Virus record (IMG/VR): IMGVR_UViG_3300008113_000307
Location: 21,919-85,918 of that record
Strand: one strand, 5' to 3'
Length of the DNA stretch: 64,000 bases
Source: a virus
Lineage: Duplodnaviria; Heunggongvirae; Uroviricota; Caudoviricetes
Shown here in pieces: positions 24,715 through 34,309 of this stretch. The notes below the pieces were generated by a model that saw nothing but the letters and a program-made list of their open reading frames with translations, did no database searches and was not told where the DNA came from. Every line of letters starts with the position of its first letter. The first letter of the stretch is position 1. Position numbers and translations under genes: made by a program.

Positions 24715-25566
24715 ATGAAAATTATTTCAACATGTTTAGCATTAATAATGTGGGCCTCGGCTGTGAATGCAAAAGAATTACACATTGTTTCAGCGGGATC
24801 GAAAACTGGATCTCTTACTATGCAGGCCACTGCCTATGCTAGTGATTTGGCCAACACTTACCAACTGCAGTTGTCAGCACCGGGAAATTTTTGTCAGGCG
24901 CTGACTCAGGTCAACTCTACTACGCCAACCATGTTTTTATGGGCCCACGACTTTGAAGCGGCTGTGCAATCAGGTCAGTGCCCAGTTAAACTGCCTGCAA
25001 ACATGCAACCTATTAGATTCATCAAATCTTCAAGTTTGATATGTTCATTGACCAACGCTGATTCGATCTTTAAAGGCAACGCAAAAATTGCACATACGGT
25101 GCCCAAAAAAATGTTTTCAACAGTTATTTCAAACATAAACACAGCGTTTGGCACTGCACATCAAGGAGTCATGTTCAACGGAAGTGGGCAAGTACGTCTA
25201 GCCTTGCTCAACGGTGAAGTTGATTTGGCAATCTTAACAAACGAACATGCCGATGTAATCAGAAGCAAGGGAGGCTCGTGTAAATTTGTGCTAGACGACC
25301 AAAGCAACATGCCCGGAGTAGTTCCGTTACAACAGTTTAGTCAATCAGTCAAACTACGACATTCATTTAATACCATGGTCTACGCTGTCAACATGTCCAA
25401 AGCCCAGGCAGCTGAGTTGAAACGCAACATGCAACAAGCTCACAAAAATTGCAATAGTGCAATTGGTCAGTACACCAGGTGCGATTCCTTGTTGGATCTA
25501 TCATGGGAAATTGACCAGAAAATACTGTCAAGATGGCAGGAGGATGTGGCTGATTTGATTGAATAA
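24715..25566 (+). CDS. Periplasmic substrate-binding-like protein (signal peptide)
   Basis: MKIISTCLALIMWASAVNA signal; 283 aa; adjacent to TctA-like permease. Confidence 0.4.
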   Translation: MKIISTCLALIMWASAVNAKELHIVSAGSKTGSLTMQATAYASDLANTYQLQLSAPGNFCQALTQVNSTTPTMFLWAHDFEAAVQSGQCPVKLPANMQPIRFIKSSSLICSLTNADSIFKGNAKIAHTVPKKMFSTVISNINTAFGTAHQGVMFNGSGQVRLALLNGEVDLAILTNEHADVIRSKGGSCKFVLDDQSNMPGVVPLQQFSQSVKLRHSFNTMVYAVNMSKAQAAELKRNMQQAHKNCNSAIGQYTRCDSLLDLSWEIDQKILSRWQEDVADLIE

Positions 25567-25582
25567 ACGCATCGCTCTAAAT

Positions 25583-25636
25583 TTGACCAATATTCACCCT
25601 TGTGCTATAATACAGCATAGGTTAACAAAACAGGAG
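25583..25636 (+). promoter_or_regulatory. Promoter-leader cassette copy 4
   Basis: TTGACC-17-TGTGCTATAAT then cagcataggttaacaaaacaGGAG, ATG 25642. Confidence 0.65.
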
Positions 25637-25641
25637 CAGGC

Positions 25642-25854
25642 ATGACAACCACTTACACTGTGCAAGAACTGGCCCAACGGTATGCCGAGGCCCTGGTAGA
25701 ATTCCACGAGCTGGATCAGCATGTGCGAGCAGCCGGTGACAGCCCCTTGCGTCAAGATGTGTCAGCACGCCGTACAGCTCGCGACGCCATATATGATGCC
25801 CAGCAGGCCCTGGATGAGGCTTGCCAGCGTCAAGCACAGATGAACCATGCGTGA
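25642..25854 (+). CDS. Hypothetical protein (70 aa)
   Basis: Cassette-driven ORF. Confidence 0.5.
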   Translation: MTTTYTVQELAQRYAEALVEFHELDQHVRAAGDSPLRQDVSARRTARDAIYDAQQALDEACQRQAQMNHA

Positions 25855-25923
25855 TTTGACACAAATTTGCAGAAGTCGTACAATACAGTTTGTCAGCTAA
25901 ATTCAACCACCGAAAGGAAACCC

Positions 25924-27006
25924 ATGTCAGATAGTCGTACCGTAACCTCCGCCCAAGCTCGCAACAGTCTGTTGACAGCTTTCCGTGTCAAACGTCCGCT
26001 GTTCCTGTGGGGCCCTCCTGGCATTGGCAAAAGCGAACTGGTTGAAGGCATCACCCAGGAACTGAACGGTCTCATGATTGACTTGCGATTGGGCCAGATG
26101 GAACCCACTGACATTCGTGGCATTCCGTTCTACAACAAAGAAGTTGGCAAGATGGATTGGGCTCCCCCAATCGAACTGCCCGACGCCGAAACTGCCAAGC
26201 AATACCCTATTGTGGTGTTGTTTTTGGACGAGTTGAACTCAGCCGCTCCTAGTGTGCAAAGTGCCGCGTACCAGTTGATCTTGAACCGTCGCATTGGCAA
26301 ATATGTGTTGCCTGACAACGTGGTCATGGTGGCTGCTGGCAACCGCGAAAGCGACAAAGGTGTCACATACCGCATGCCAACTCCGCTGGCCAACCGTTTC
26401 ATTCACCAGGAAATGAAGGTGGACTTTGCCAGCTGGCAAGAGTGGGCTGTGAACAACCGTGTGCACAAGGACGTGGTTGGTTACTTGAGTTTTGCCAAGC
26501 AAGACCTGTATGACTTCGACGCCAAGAGTGCCAGCCGTGCCTTTGCTACTCCACGCTCTTGGAGCTTTGTGAGCCAGCTGTTAGATGACCGTGTGGATGA
26601 CGAAACTCTGACCAACTTGGTTGCAGGTACTGTGGGCGAAGGCCTTGCTGTGAAGTTCATGGCACACCGCAAGATTGCCAGCCGCATGCCCAACCCTGCA
26701 GACATCTTGGCAGGCAAGGTCACCACCTTGGATGTGAAAGAAGTTTCGGCCATGTACAGCTTGGTGATCTCCATGTGCTACGAACTCAAGGCTGCTGTTG
26801 AGACCAAAGTGGAAGACAAAAAGTTCCACGAAATGGCCGACAACTTCCTGGGCTACATGATGAAGAACTTTGAAACTGAGTTGACTGTGATGGGTGCACG
26901 TATTGCGTTGACCACGTACAACTTGCCCTTCTTGCCAACCAAGATGAAGAACTTCGACGAGTTCCACCAGCGTTTTGGCAAATACATCCTGCAGGCTTCG
27001 GCCTGA
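25924..27006 (+). CDS. MoxR-like AAA+ ATPase
   Basis: RBS aaaggaaa; Walker A LWGPPGIGKS, Walker B VLFLDELNSA. Confidence 0.8.
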   Translation: MSDSRTVTSAQARNSLLTAFRVKRPLFLWGPPGIGKSELVEGITQELNGLMIDLRLGQMEPTDIRGIPFYNKEVGKMDWAPPIELPDAETAKQYPIVVLFLDELNSAAPSVQSAAYQLILNRRIGKYVLPDNVVMVAAGNRESDKGVTYRMPTPLANRFIHQEMKVDFASWQEWAVNNRVHKDVVGYLSFAKQDLYDFDAKSASRAFATPRSWSFVSQLLDDRVDDETLTNLVAGTVGEGLAVKFMAHRKIASRMPNPADILAGKVTTLDVKEVSAMYSLVISMCYELKAAVETKVEDKKFHEMADNFLGYMMKNFETELTVMGARIALTTYNLPFLPTKMKNFDEFHQRFGKYILQASA

Positions 27007-27025
27007 CCCGAAAGGGTTTAATGGA

Positions 27026-27055
27026 AAGGCTGTGTTTCTAGCACAGCCTTTTTTA
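27026..27055 (+). terminator. Rho-independent terminator
   Basis: aaggctgtg-tttcta-gcacagcctt followed by a T-run. Confidence 0.7.
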
Positions 27056-27057
27056 AT

Positions 27058-27375
27058 ATGCGATATCACATAGTTCGACTTGACGCTAGATATTCCTATT
27101 CAAAGGATTTCAAATACATGCTGGAGTTTTCCAAAGACTCTTGGCTGGGAACTGGCGTATTGAATTTTGATCGTAGTCGGCGTTGGTTCAATCAAACGTT
27201 TGGCTGGAGCCAGGATGTGGAAACTAGATCTGCTGTGCTACGATCATCAGATTTTGAGGCCAGTGACTACAATTTCAAATGGGCCTACAGTGCCAAATAT
27301 CGTGAGTATCGCATCTATGTGCAGGATGAAGCTGTGTTGAACTGGTTTGTTTTGAGTCACCCCAATGCGACATAG
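27058..27375 (+). CDS. Hypothetical protein (105 aa)
   Basis: ORF after terminator. Confidence 0.4.
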   Translation: MRYHIVRLDARYSYSKDFKYMLEFSKDSWLGTGVLNFDRSRRWFNQTFGWSQDVETRSAVLRSSDFEASDYNFKWAYSAKYREYRIYVQDEAVLNWFVLSHPNAT

Positions 27376-27545
27376 ATTTGAATTTAGATCCCGTGACCTA
27401 GACGCCGCTGAGCGGGTCAAATGGTGCAGAGTCAATCTTGGAGCCAGAGGAGAGCGATGGGACTTTGCGGGCGGACTCTCAATCACCATCGTGATCCGTT
27501 CGGACGAGGATGCCGAAGCCTACAACAAAGTCTGGAGATTTTGGA

Positions 27546-27824
27546 ATGTCCTTAAAGGTAACTGTAAAACAGAGACTCATCGTATTTCATAATCCCGGCG
27601 AGTGGAGCGACATCTACAGCAGGATTTTGCAGGAATATGGAATGGGAATGGCCATACGCCCTCGACTGCGGCGTGAACTGGGGTTTGTGTATCGGCATCA
27701 TCGTGGACTAGTGCCCAACCCACACCCTCGCAAAAATGGGCCCACCATGCACTACGAGGACCAAGTGTGTTTGGATTTCTACTCAGATGCCGCACAATCC
27801 TGGTTTCAACTGCGATATTTGTAA
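27546..27824 (+). CDS. Hypothetical protein (92 aa)
   Basis: Internal ATG after ggag. Confidence 0.4.
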   Translation: MSLKVTVKQRLIVFHNPGEWSDIYSRILQEYGMGMAIRPRLRRELGFVYRHHRGLVPNPHPRKNGPTMHYEDQVCLDFYSDAAQSWFQLRYL

Positions 27825-27840
27825 CTCAGGTATATAACAC

Positions 27841-28902
27841 ATGTCTTGGTATTTTTCTAGTGTTCTTGAGAACAAATCAGATTTTTTTGAATTCTTTGAA
27901 TTTAATCAATATTCAATGCACCTAGTCGAACTTTGGGATCCATCGGTACATGTTGGCGGCGCTCATAAAATTCCCTGCAGCTTGATGGGATCAAGCAACA
28001 CAAAGTTAGTAATTGATGCAAGTGAATTTATCAGTTTATTTGAATTTGATACTGATTCTCTAACGACATTTCTTCAAACCAATCGGGTCGTAATATATCA
28101 AAATATTGATTGCTTTGTCGAATTGACAAAGCGTCTGCGCATTGCGTTTGAAAATATTGACTCTAATATACCTAAAAATTGTTTACATGTTATTTTTGAC
28201 GCGGTTCCGTCAACTGAATTTTATTTTTATTCGTTTAAAAATATCAATTTTACAGTGTTAACGCACAATCACTTTTTTAAACTTCCTAGGATACACAAAG
28301 CCAGCCTAGAAAAAAACAAAACCAGCAAAGATTTTCTGCTAACAACTATAAAAAAATCTAGTCGACCACACAGAGAACTATTGTGGAAACAATTGCAAGC
28401 GTATCCAGAATTAACGGTTAATTCAACAATTCTTTATAAAACTCGGCAAAAAAAATGGATAGGTCATCAGACCCATCAACATCAATGGTCAGACGGCCAT
28501 CCAAGCATGGATCTATATCGAAACAACTACGTTGAATTGGTGCCTGAGACTCTTTACAAGCACGGATATTTTTTTACTGAAAAAACAATGAAACCCATTG
28601 CTACCAAGACGCCGTTTTTGATTGTTTCAACTTGTCACTATCTTAAATTTTTAAAACAACAAGGATTTAAAACTTTTGACAACTTGATTGACGAATCATA
28701 TGATTCGTTTCCTCAAATTGAAGACCGAATTAGATCCCTTGTGCAAACAATGCACGACATATCGAAAAATGGTGCAGGCGATTTCTATCAGCAAGCCCAA
28801 GACACGCTGAACTATAATCATCAGCGACTGTTGGAAATATCTGGAGGTTGGCGATATTATCGTGATTTAGACTACCAAAGAATTATTGATAGTATGTGTT
28901 AG
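27841..28902 (+). CDS. Glycosyltransferase-like protein, TEK-motif paralog (AT-rich copy)
   Basis: C-terminal block FFTEKTMKPIATKTPFLIVS...GFKTFDNLIDESYD shared with 39723, 40807 and 50681; motif resembles GT10 fucosyltransferase TEKxW...VPVV. Confidence 0.4.
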   Translation: MSWYFSSVLENKSDFFEFFEFNQYSMHLVELWDPSVHVGGAHKIPCSLMGSSNTKLVIDASEFISLFEFDTDSLTTFLQTNRVVIYQNIDCFVELTKRLRIAFENIDSNIPKNCLHVIFDAVPSTEFYFYSFKNINFTVLTHNHFFKLPRIHKASLEKNKTSKDFLLTTIKKSSRPHRELLWKQLQAYPELTVNSTILYKTRQKKWIGHQTHQHQWSDGHPSMDLYRNNYVELVPETLYKHGYFFTEKTMKPIATKTPFLIVSTCHYLKFLKQQGFKTFDNLIDESYDSFPQIEDRIRSLVQTMHDISKNGAGDFYQQAQDTLNYNHQRLLEISGGWRYYRDLDYQRIIDSMC

Positions 28903-28908
28903 CTTGAT

Positions 28909-28964
28909 TTGACCAAAATTCCCATTTGTGCTATAATACTTGTATAGCGTAACAAAACAGGAGC
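28909..28964 (+). promoter_or_regulatory. Promoter-leader cassette variant
   Basis: TTGACC-17-TGTGCTATAAT then acttgtatagcgtaacaaaacaGGAG, ATG 28970. Confidence 0.6.
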
Positions 28965-28969
28965 ACCAA

Positions 28970-29200
28970 ATGACTATCAAGCGTTTCAAACAGACCCAGC
29001 GTTTTCGTATTTGCTCCGGCACAGTTAGCTTCTATGCCACTGCCCGGCAAATCCGTTCCGGTGTTGGCGACTTTGTTAAGTTCAATGCTGCCACACAAAA
29101 GGCTCTGGATGCCCTGGAATTTTCCCGAGCTGATGCCCCAGCTGTGGGCCTGGCAGGCACCTGGGAAGGTATTCCTGTACAAATCAACGTGGCAGTTTGA
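28970..29200 (+). CDS. Hypothetical protein (76 aa)
   Basis: Cassette-driven ORF. Confidence 0.5.
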   Translation: MTIKRFKQTQRFRICSGTVSFYATARQIRSGVGDFVKFNAATQKALDALEFSRADAPAVGLAGTWEGIPVQINVAV

Positions 29201-29250
29201 CACTAAATCACGATTGCTGTACAATATACACTTAGTCAACAAGGAACAAC

Positions 29251-30471
29251 ATGACCGCTTCCACTACCATTAACCGAAAGCAATCTGATCAGTTCAAGGA
29301 TATCCTGGGTGCCACAGATCCCAAGCTGGACCGAGAAGTTCGCGAAAAACTGATCACTGCTCGAGTGGGCCTCCTGCTCCGTGCCAGTTTCTTTGGCAAC
29401 TTGGCCACCCGTCTCAAGCTGGTCAATGCTGACACCTGGTGCCCTACTGCTGCCACTGACGGCCGTAACTTTTATTACAACAGCCGTTTCATCAACATGC
29501 TCCGTGCTAAGGAGATTGAGTTCTTGTTTGGCCACGAAGTCCTGCACTGTGTGTATGACCACTTTGGTCGCCGTGGTGATCGTGACCCGCAACTGTGGAA
29601 CATTGCCAACGATTTCTGTGTGAACCAGGACTTGAAGGAACACAATGTTGGCGAGTTCATTACCACAGTGCCTTGCCTGTATGACAAAAAGTACAAGGGC
29701 ATGAGTTCGGAAGAAATCTATGACCAGCTGTACGAAAACGCAGAAAAAGTCGACATCGGCAAACTGATCCAGCAACTGTTGGACGAGCACTTGGACGGCG
29801 ACGGCGACCAAGACGGCGATGGTGACGGTGACAAGGACGGCAAAGGTGATGGGAAAGGCAAGGGTCGTCCCCGACTGAGCGAAGCCGACAAGCAGGCCAT
29901 CCGTGACGAAATCAAAGAAGCTGTGTTGGCAGCGGCCGCTGCCAGCGACGGTGCCGGCAACTTGCCCGCAGGTGTCCGACGCCTGATCCAGGACTTGACT
30001 GAGCCCAAGATGAACTGGCGTGAACTGCTCCGCATGCAGTTGGAATCCACCATCAAGAGCGACTACACCTGGATGCGAGCCAGCCGCAAAGGTTGGCACA
30101 TGGATGCAGTCATGCCCGGCATGAAACTGGATCCCATGATTGATATTGCTGTGGCAATCGACACTTCGGGTTCGATTGGTGCCGACATGCTCAAAGACTT
30201 CCTGAGTGAAATCCAGGGCATCATGGACTCGTTCCCAGCATATCGCATCCATGTGTTCTGCTTTGACACCGAAGTCCACAATCCTGCTCAATACAACAGT
30301 GACAACTTGGACCAGATCACTGACTACGAGCCTGGCGGTGGTGGCGGTACTGACTTCACTGCCATCTATGACTACTTGAAGGCGGAAGAAATCGAGCCCA
30401 AGCGACTGGTTGTGTTCACTGACGGCTACCCATTTGGTTCGTGGGGCGATGAAAACTACACTGACAAATGA
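29251..30471 (+). CDS. Metallopeptidase-like (HExxH) plus VWA-domain protein, likely MoxR partner
   Basis: FGHEVLHCVYDH zinc-binding motif, poly-acidic DGDGDQDGDGDGDKDGKGDG linker, MIDAS motif AIDTSGSIG. Confidence 0.7.
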   Translation: MTASTTINRKQSDQFKDILGATDPKLDREVREKLITARVGLLLRASFFGNLATRLKLVNADTWCPTAATDGRNFYYNSRFINMLRAKEIEFLFGHEVLHCVYDHFGRRGDRDPQLWNIANDFCVNQDLKEHNVGEFITTVPCLYDKKYKGMSSEEIYDQLYENAEKVDIGKLIQQLLDEHLDGDGDQDGDGDGDKDGKGDGKGKGRPRLSEADKQAIRDEIKEAVLAAAAASDGAGNLPAGVRRLIQDLTEPKMNWRELLRMQLESTIKSDYTWMRASRKGWHMDAVMPGMKLDPMIDIAVAIDTSGSIGADMLKDFLSEIQGIMDSFPAYRIHVFCFDTEVHNPAQYNSDNLDQITDYEPGGGGGTDFTAIYDYLKAEEIEPKRLVVFTDGYPFGSWGDENYTDK

Positions 30472-30686
30472 AAGTGTATTTGCTGTATTACGACAATGAC
30501 TATGGTGACCGTGAGAATTGGAACACATTCTACACACCATGTGAAGTTTTTGACAGTGCCGAAAAGCGTCAGGCTCGCATCGATGTTATCCAAGCACAAA
30601 GCGAAGATTACAAAGAAGATGATTCATTCCATACTGTGGATCTGGACATCATGTCTGACACTGAAATTCAGAAATGGAGTGAATAA
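30468..30686 (+). CDS. Hypothetical acidic protein (72 aa)
   Basis: ATGA overlap. Confidence 0.4.
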   Translation: MKVYLLYYDNDYGDRENWNTFYTPCEVFDSAEKRQARIDVIQAQSEDYKEDDSFHTVDLDIMSDTEIQKWSE

Positions 30687-30907
30687 TGCCTACTGTGTAT
30701 ACAGAAGTGGAAGTGGATGTTGAACTGGACGACTTTGACGACGAGGACTTGATTGACGAACTGCAACGTCGGGGTCGCGGCTTCGAAGTTGACAGCAAAA
30801 CACCAACTGAGTTGGTGGGTCGAATCCATCAACTGAGACGCAATGGTCATGATTATCAGCGTGAACTGGATGAGTTGATTTACGTGACCATTGGGAGAAT
30901 TGCGTGA
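30686..30907 (+). CDS. Hypothetical acidic protein (73 aa)
   Basis: ATGA-type overlap. Confidence 0.4.
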   Translation: MPTVYTEVEVDVELDDFDDEDLIDELQRRGRGFEVDSKTPTELVGRIHQLRRNGHDYQRELDELIYVTIGRIA

Positions 30908-31224
30908 GTACCATAAGCACACTTAAAATGGATGTGTGGAAGTTCAGCACTATCTTTTTGATGGTGATACTGATCATCAGCTGGGTATGGATGATGATTG
31001 CTGGTATCATCAATGACTCGGCCATGGAGTCAGTTCGTGGTCAGCAGATGCAGGTGCGTGAACTTACCAACAAGATCATCACGCTGGAAATGCAAGTGCA
31101 GGATCTGCAGATTCGTAACAAGGCCTTGAACGAGCGTATTGAATCATTCAATACACTGCGTCAACGTGATGTTGAGTACCTGCAGAGTCAGATCAATCGT
31201 GCTACTATCAAACCAAATCGTTGA
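30904..31224 (+). CDS. i-spanin-like protein (N-terminal TM helix plus coiled coil)
   Basis: Hydrophobic helix FSTIFLMVILIISWVWMMIAGII then heptad-rich periplasmic domain; immediately upstream of lipoprotein gene. Confidence 0.5.
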   Translation: MSTISTLKMDVWKFSTIFLMVILIISWVWMMIAGIINDSAMESVRGQQMQVRELTNKIITLEMQVQDLQIRNKALNERIESFNTLRQRDVEYLQSQINRATIKPNR

Positions 31225-31233
31225 GGAGAAAGA

Positions 31234-31419
31234 ATGAAAGTTTTAATTGTTATTGCGGCTGCTGTATCACTTACTGGCTGCGGGTGGTTTGATCGCTACG
31301 TGGTAGCCAACACAACTGGCTACAGTCGAACCTGCGTAGATGGTGTGATGTATCTTCAGTTCCCCAGCGGTGCTACACCGCAATACAACATTAATGGCAG
31401 TTTGAGAGGATGCAAATAA
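31234..31419 (+). CDS. o-spanin-like outer-membrane lipoprotein
   Basis: MKVLIVIAAAVSLTGC lipobox; 61 aa. Confidence 0.5.
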   Translation: MKVLIVIAAAVSLTGCGWFDRYVVANTTGYSRTCVDGVMYLQFPSGATPQYNINGSLRGCK

Positions 31420-31616
31420 TGTCAATTGGTATTTTGATTCGTGCCGCTTATGTTGCCCTGGGCATTGTGATCGGTGTTTGGTTGATTGTCGCAGGAGTGT
31501 TGGTATGATTGTGTTATCAATGATTGGGTTGGCTATCTTGGTAGGTGTAGCCGCAGTAGGTGCCTACTGGATGTTTAAAAATGTTAGTTTTAAATCTGTT
31601 GAAAAGGAAAATGAAA

Positions 31617-32444
31617 ATGACTGAACGTGGTATGATTGGCATCATTGGTGCTGTGTTTGTGGGCTTGATTGTGTTGGTGGTCCTAGGTGGTAGTTTCTAC
31701 ACCATTGATGCAGGTGAGCGTGGTGTTATTCTACGCAACGGTAAAGTGGTGGGCACTGCTGAGCCTGGCTTGAGTTTCAAGTTGCCCATTGTGGACAGTG
31801 TGAAAGAAATCACTGTGCAGACCGAGGCGCGAGTGTATGAGAAGCTTATGGTTTACAGTCGAGATCAGCAAAGCGCCGAACTCTACATCTCTGTAAACTA
31901 TCGACTGCCTGCTGATCAAGTGCAAACTATCTACACTGAGTACGGTGGCAAGGATGGTGTGCTGACTCGTATGCTGGATCGACAAGTGCCAGAAGAAGTC
32001 AAAAATGTGTTTGGCCGATTCAATGCTGTGACTGCTATTCAGGAACGTGAACGACTCAGTAAAGAAGTGCAGGAAGCAATTCAGCGGGCCACTACCAACC
32101 CTGTGTTGATTGTGGAAAGTGTGCAGATTGAGAACATTGACTTCTCCAAAGCCTATGAGGACAGCATCGAACAGCGTATGTTGGCCGAAGTTGAAGTGCA
32201 AAAAGTTCAACAAAACGCCCAGCGTGAAAAGGTGCAGGCCGAGATCCTTGTGATTCAAGCCAAGGCCGAAGCTGATGCCAAGAAACTGCAGGGCGATGCC
32301 GAAGCACATTCTATCAATGCACGTGGCCGAGCACTGGCTCAGAACCCAGCCCTGGTGGAACTGATTCAAGCTGAAAAGTGGAACGGTGTATTGCCAACCA
32401 CTATGGTTCCTGGTCAGACTGTGCCATTCATCAACGTGAAGTAA
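31617..32444 (+). CDS. SPFH / band-7 (prohibitin-HflK/C-like) protein
   Basis: N-terminal TM helix, then SPFH core with coiled-coil and Ala/Glu/Lys/Gln-rich C-terminus. Confidence 0.8.
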   Translation: MTERGMIGIIGAVFVGLIVLVVLGGSFYTIDAGERGVILRNGKVVGTAEPGLSFKLPIVDSVKEITVQTEARVYEKLMVYSRDQQSAELYISVNYRLPADQVQTIYTEYGGKDGVLTRMLDRQVPEEVKNVFGRFNAVTAIQERERLSKEVQEAIQRATTNPVLIVESVQIENIDFSKAYEDSIEQRMLAEVEVQKVQQNAQREKVQAEILVIQAKAEADAKKLQGDAEAHSINARGRALAQNPALVELIQAEKWNGVLPTTMVPGQTVPFINVK

Positions 32445-32606
32445 TCGGAAACAGCATATGAAAAGAGCGCTGATGTATATTGCACCCAGCGTTCTTTTCG
32501 CGCTGTGGATCTGGATCATTGTGCAGGGCATTGATGACATGACAGCCCAGGAACGCAACAATCATGCCATTGCTCGGCTCATGGCATGCGAGTATCGTGG
32601 CAGACT

Positions 32607-32897
32607 ATGATTAGATTTAGCATTAGCATTGCTAACTGGCACTGGCCTTGTGAGTTCCGAAACATCTACAATCGTTCATGGGCAGTGAGCAAGAATCGTA
32701 CACTGGAGATTCAGTTTGATCGCTACGATTACGAACTACTGGGCTTGAGTTTTGATCTGCGTTGTCGGGGTGGTGATCATGCTGGACCCAAGTTTGAAAT
32801 CAACATCTTGGGCTGGTACTTCGGGATCAGCTTGCCTGACAACAGACATTGGGATTACGAAAAAGATAACTGGACACAGCATGGGCAATCAAACTGA
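32607..32897 (+). CDS. Hypothetical protein
   Basis: ORF, overlaps next ORF in another frame. Confidence 0.3.
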   Translation: MIRFSISIANWHWPCEFRNIYNRSWAVSKNRTLEIQFDRYDYELLGLSFDLRCRGGDHAGPKFEINILGWYFGISLPDNRHWDYEKDNWTQHGQSN

Positions 32898-33066
32898 CTA
32901 TTTCAATCGTGTAGGTTACCAGGCTACATACGACATCGGCGATCGTGTAATTGGCAAATGGAATGGTATTCCGTTCGTGGGCACAGTAGGCAACGATCGA
33001 CTAATCATTGTCATTGTCAAGCACAATCAAGTGCGAAAACTGCCTCAAATCACCGACAAAAAATAA
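32881..33066 (+). CDS. Hypothetical protein
   Basis: Internal Met of ORF 32752-33066. Confidence 0.3.
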   Translation: MGNQTDYFNRVGYQATYDIGDRVIGKWNGIPFVGTVGNDRLIIVIVKHNQVRKLPQITDKK

Positions 33067-33284
33067 CAGCCTGAGCCAGTGTGCGTTAAATATCTGTATG
33101 GAAAACGCACAACTTACCATTGCCGACATGGCTTCCTTAAAAAATCTACTCGAAGCTGCTGCCAATCGTGGCGCTTTCAAAGCAAACGAAATGAGCGCTG
33201 TGGGCGCCATTTACGACAAACTCTCAAGGTTTGTAGAGTTTACCACAGCCCAGTTGGCTGAACAACAAGCACAAGGAGAACAAA

Positions 33285-34016
33285 ATGCTTAAACATATCG
33301 GACGTCACGGTGATCGCAAGGTCGCAATTTTATTCAGAGAGGTGCCTGGTGAAGACCACATGTGCTTGGTTGTGTATCCCGATACCCTGCCCACTCACAT
33401 TCACAATTCAATCATGAGCACTCTAGAAAGTCTGCCTGGTCAAGCTGCACCCAATCTAGCAGATGTGTTGAGTCGCAATCTCTTGCCCGACGGTCGTGCT
33501 CAGCTGGAAGCTCTGCATCGTGAAGGCATGATAAAGAAGATCCCTAGTAATCAAGTGATTGTGACTCCCACTGCCACCAGCAATGTCAAGCTGGACGAAA
33601 TGAATCAAATCATTCGCGAGATGGAAACAGGTGGTGCTGCTATGAAGCGACTGCAAGAGTTGGACAACAGCACCGGCTTTGTGGATCCTGCACAAAAACG
33701 CAAGGCCGAAGCAGAGTTCAAACGCAGCCAGGAACGTGGGCAGACACAGCCTGCAGTTGCTCCTTTGGTCAGTGGTGCTGACGGTGTGCTGGATGACAAA
33801 ACTCTAGCTGGCAACATGCTGGCACAAGCCAAGCGCATGGAACAGGAAGCCAAGAGCATGATTTCCGAAGCAGCTCGTATGAAGAAAGATGCTCAACGCA
33901 TGTTTCCCGGAGTCAAAACTGGCGATCAATCGCCTGCAGTGGTAGCTGTGGCAGAAACCGTTGTGGCCAAAACTCGCGGTCGCAAAAAGGCAGTGACTGC
34001 CGATGGCGTTCAGTGA
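33285..34016 (+). CDS. Hypothetical protein (243 aa)
   Basis: RBS aaggag; charged, coiled-coil-prone C-terminal half. Confidence 0.5.
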   Translation: MLKHIGRHGDRKVAILFREVPGEDHMCLVVYPDTLPTHIHNSIMSTLESLPGQAAPNLADVLSRNLLPDGRAQLEALHREGMIKKIPSNQVIVTPTATSNVKLDEMNQIIREMETGGAAMKRLQELDNSTGFVDPAQKRKAEAEFKRSQERGQTQPAVAPLVSGADGVLDDKTLAGNMLAQAKRMEQEAKSMISEAARMKKDAQRMFPGVKTGDQSPAVVAVAETVVAKTRGRKKAVTADGVQ

Positions 34017-34308
34017 AGAATTCCTTGCTATGTGGGAGCATATAATCGATGAGGTCCACAAAACTGAAATCCCTCTCGAATGTATCAAAAAAGTAGTGAT
34101 CAAACTACATGGCAAGAAGCAACGAACAATAAATCTACAAACTCTACGACGCCAGGGACTAGACAGTGAAGAACTTGAAACTGTGCTGAGTCGGGCGCTC
34201 AGCGAACTTGGTGATCAAGTTCGCGACGTTGAATTCTTGGTTGACGTGAGCGCAGTGGCTGAACTGGTACAACCTGAAACTGACAAACTCTTAAACAATT
34301 TAAAATAA
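34003..34308 (+). CDS. Hypothetical protein (101 aa)
   Basis: Overlapping start with previous stop. Confidence 0.45.
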   Translation: MAFSEEFLAMWEHIIDEVHKTEIPLECIKKVVIKLHGKKQRTINLQTLRRQGLDSEELETVLSRALSELGDQVRDVEFLVDVSAVAELVQPETDKLLNNLK

Positions 34309-34309
34309 C

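Noticed and set aside
29236-30540. 434-aa minus-strand ORF
   Set aside because: It is exactly antisense to the metallopeptidase-VWA gene, has no recognisable motifs, and is a typical GC-rich shadow ORF.
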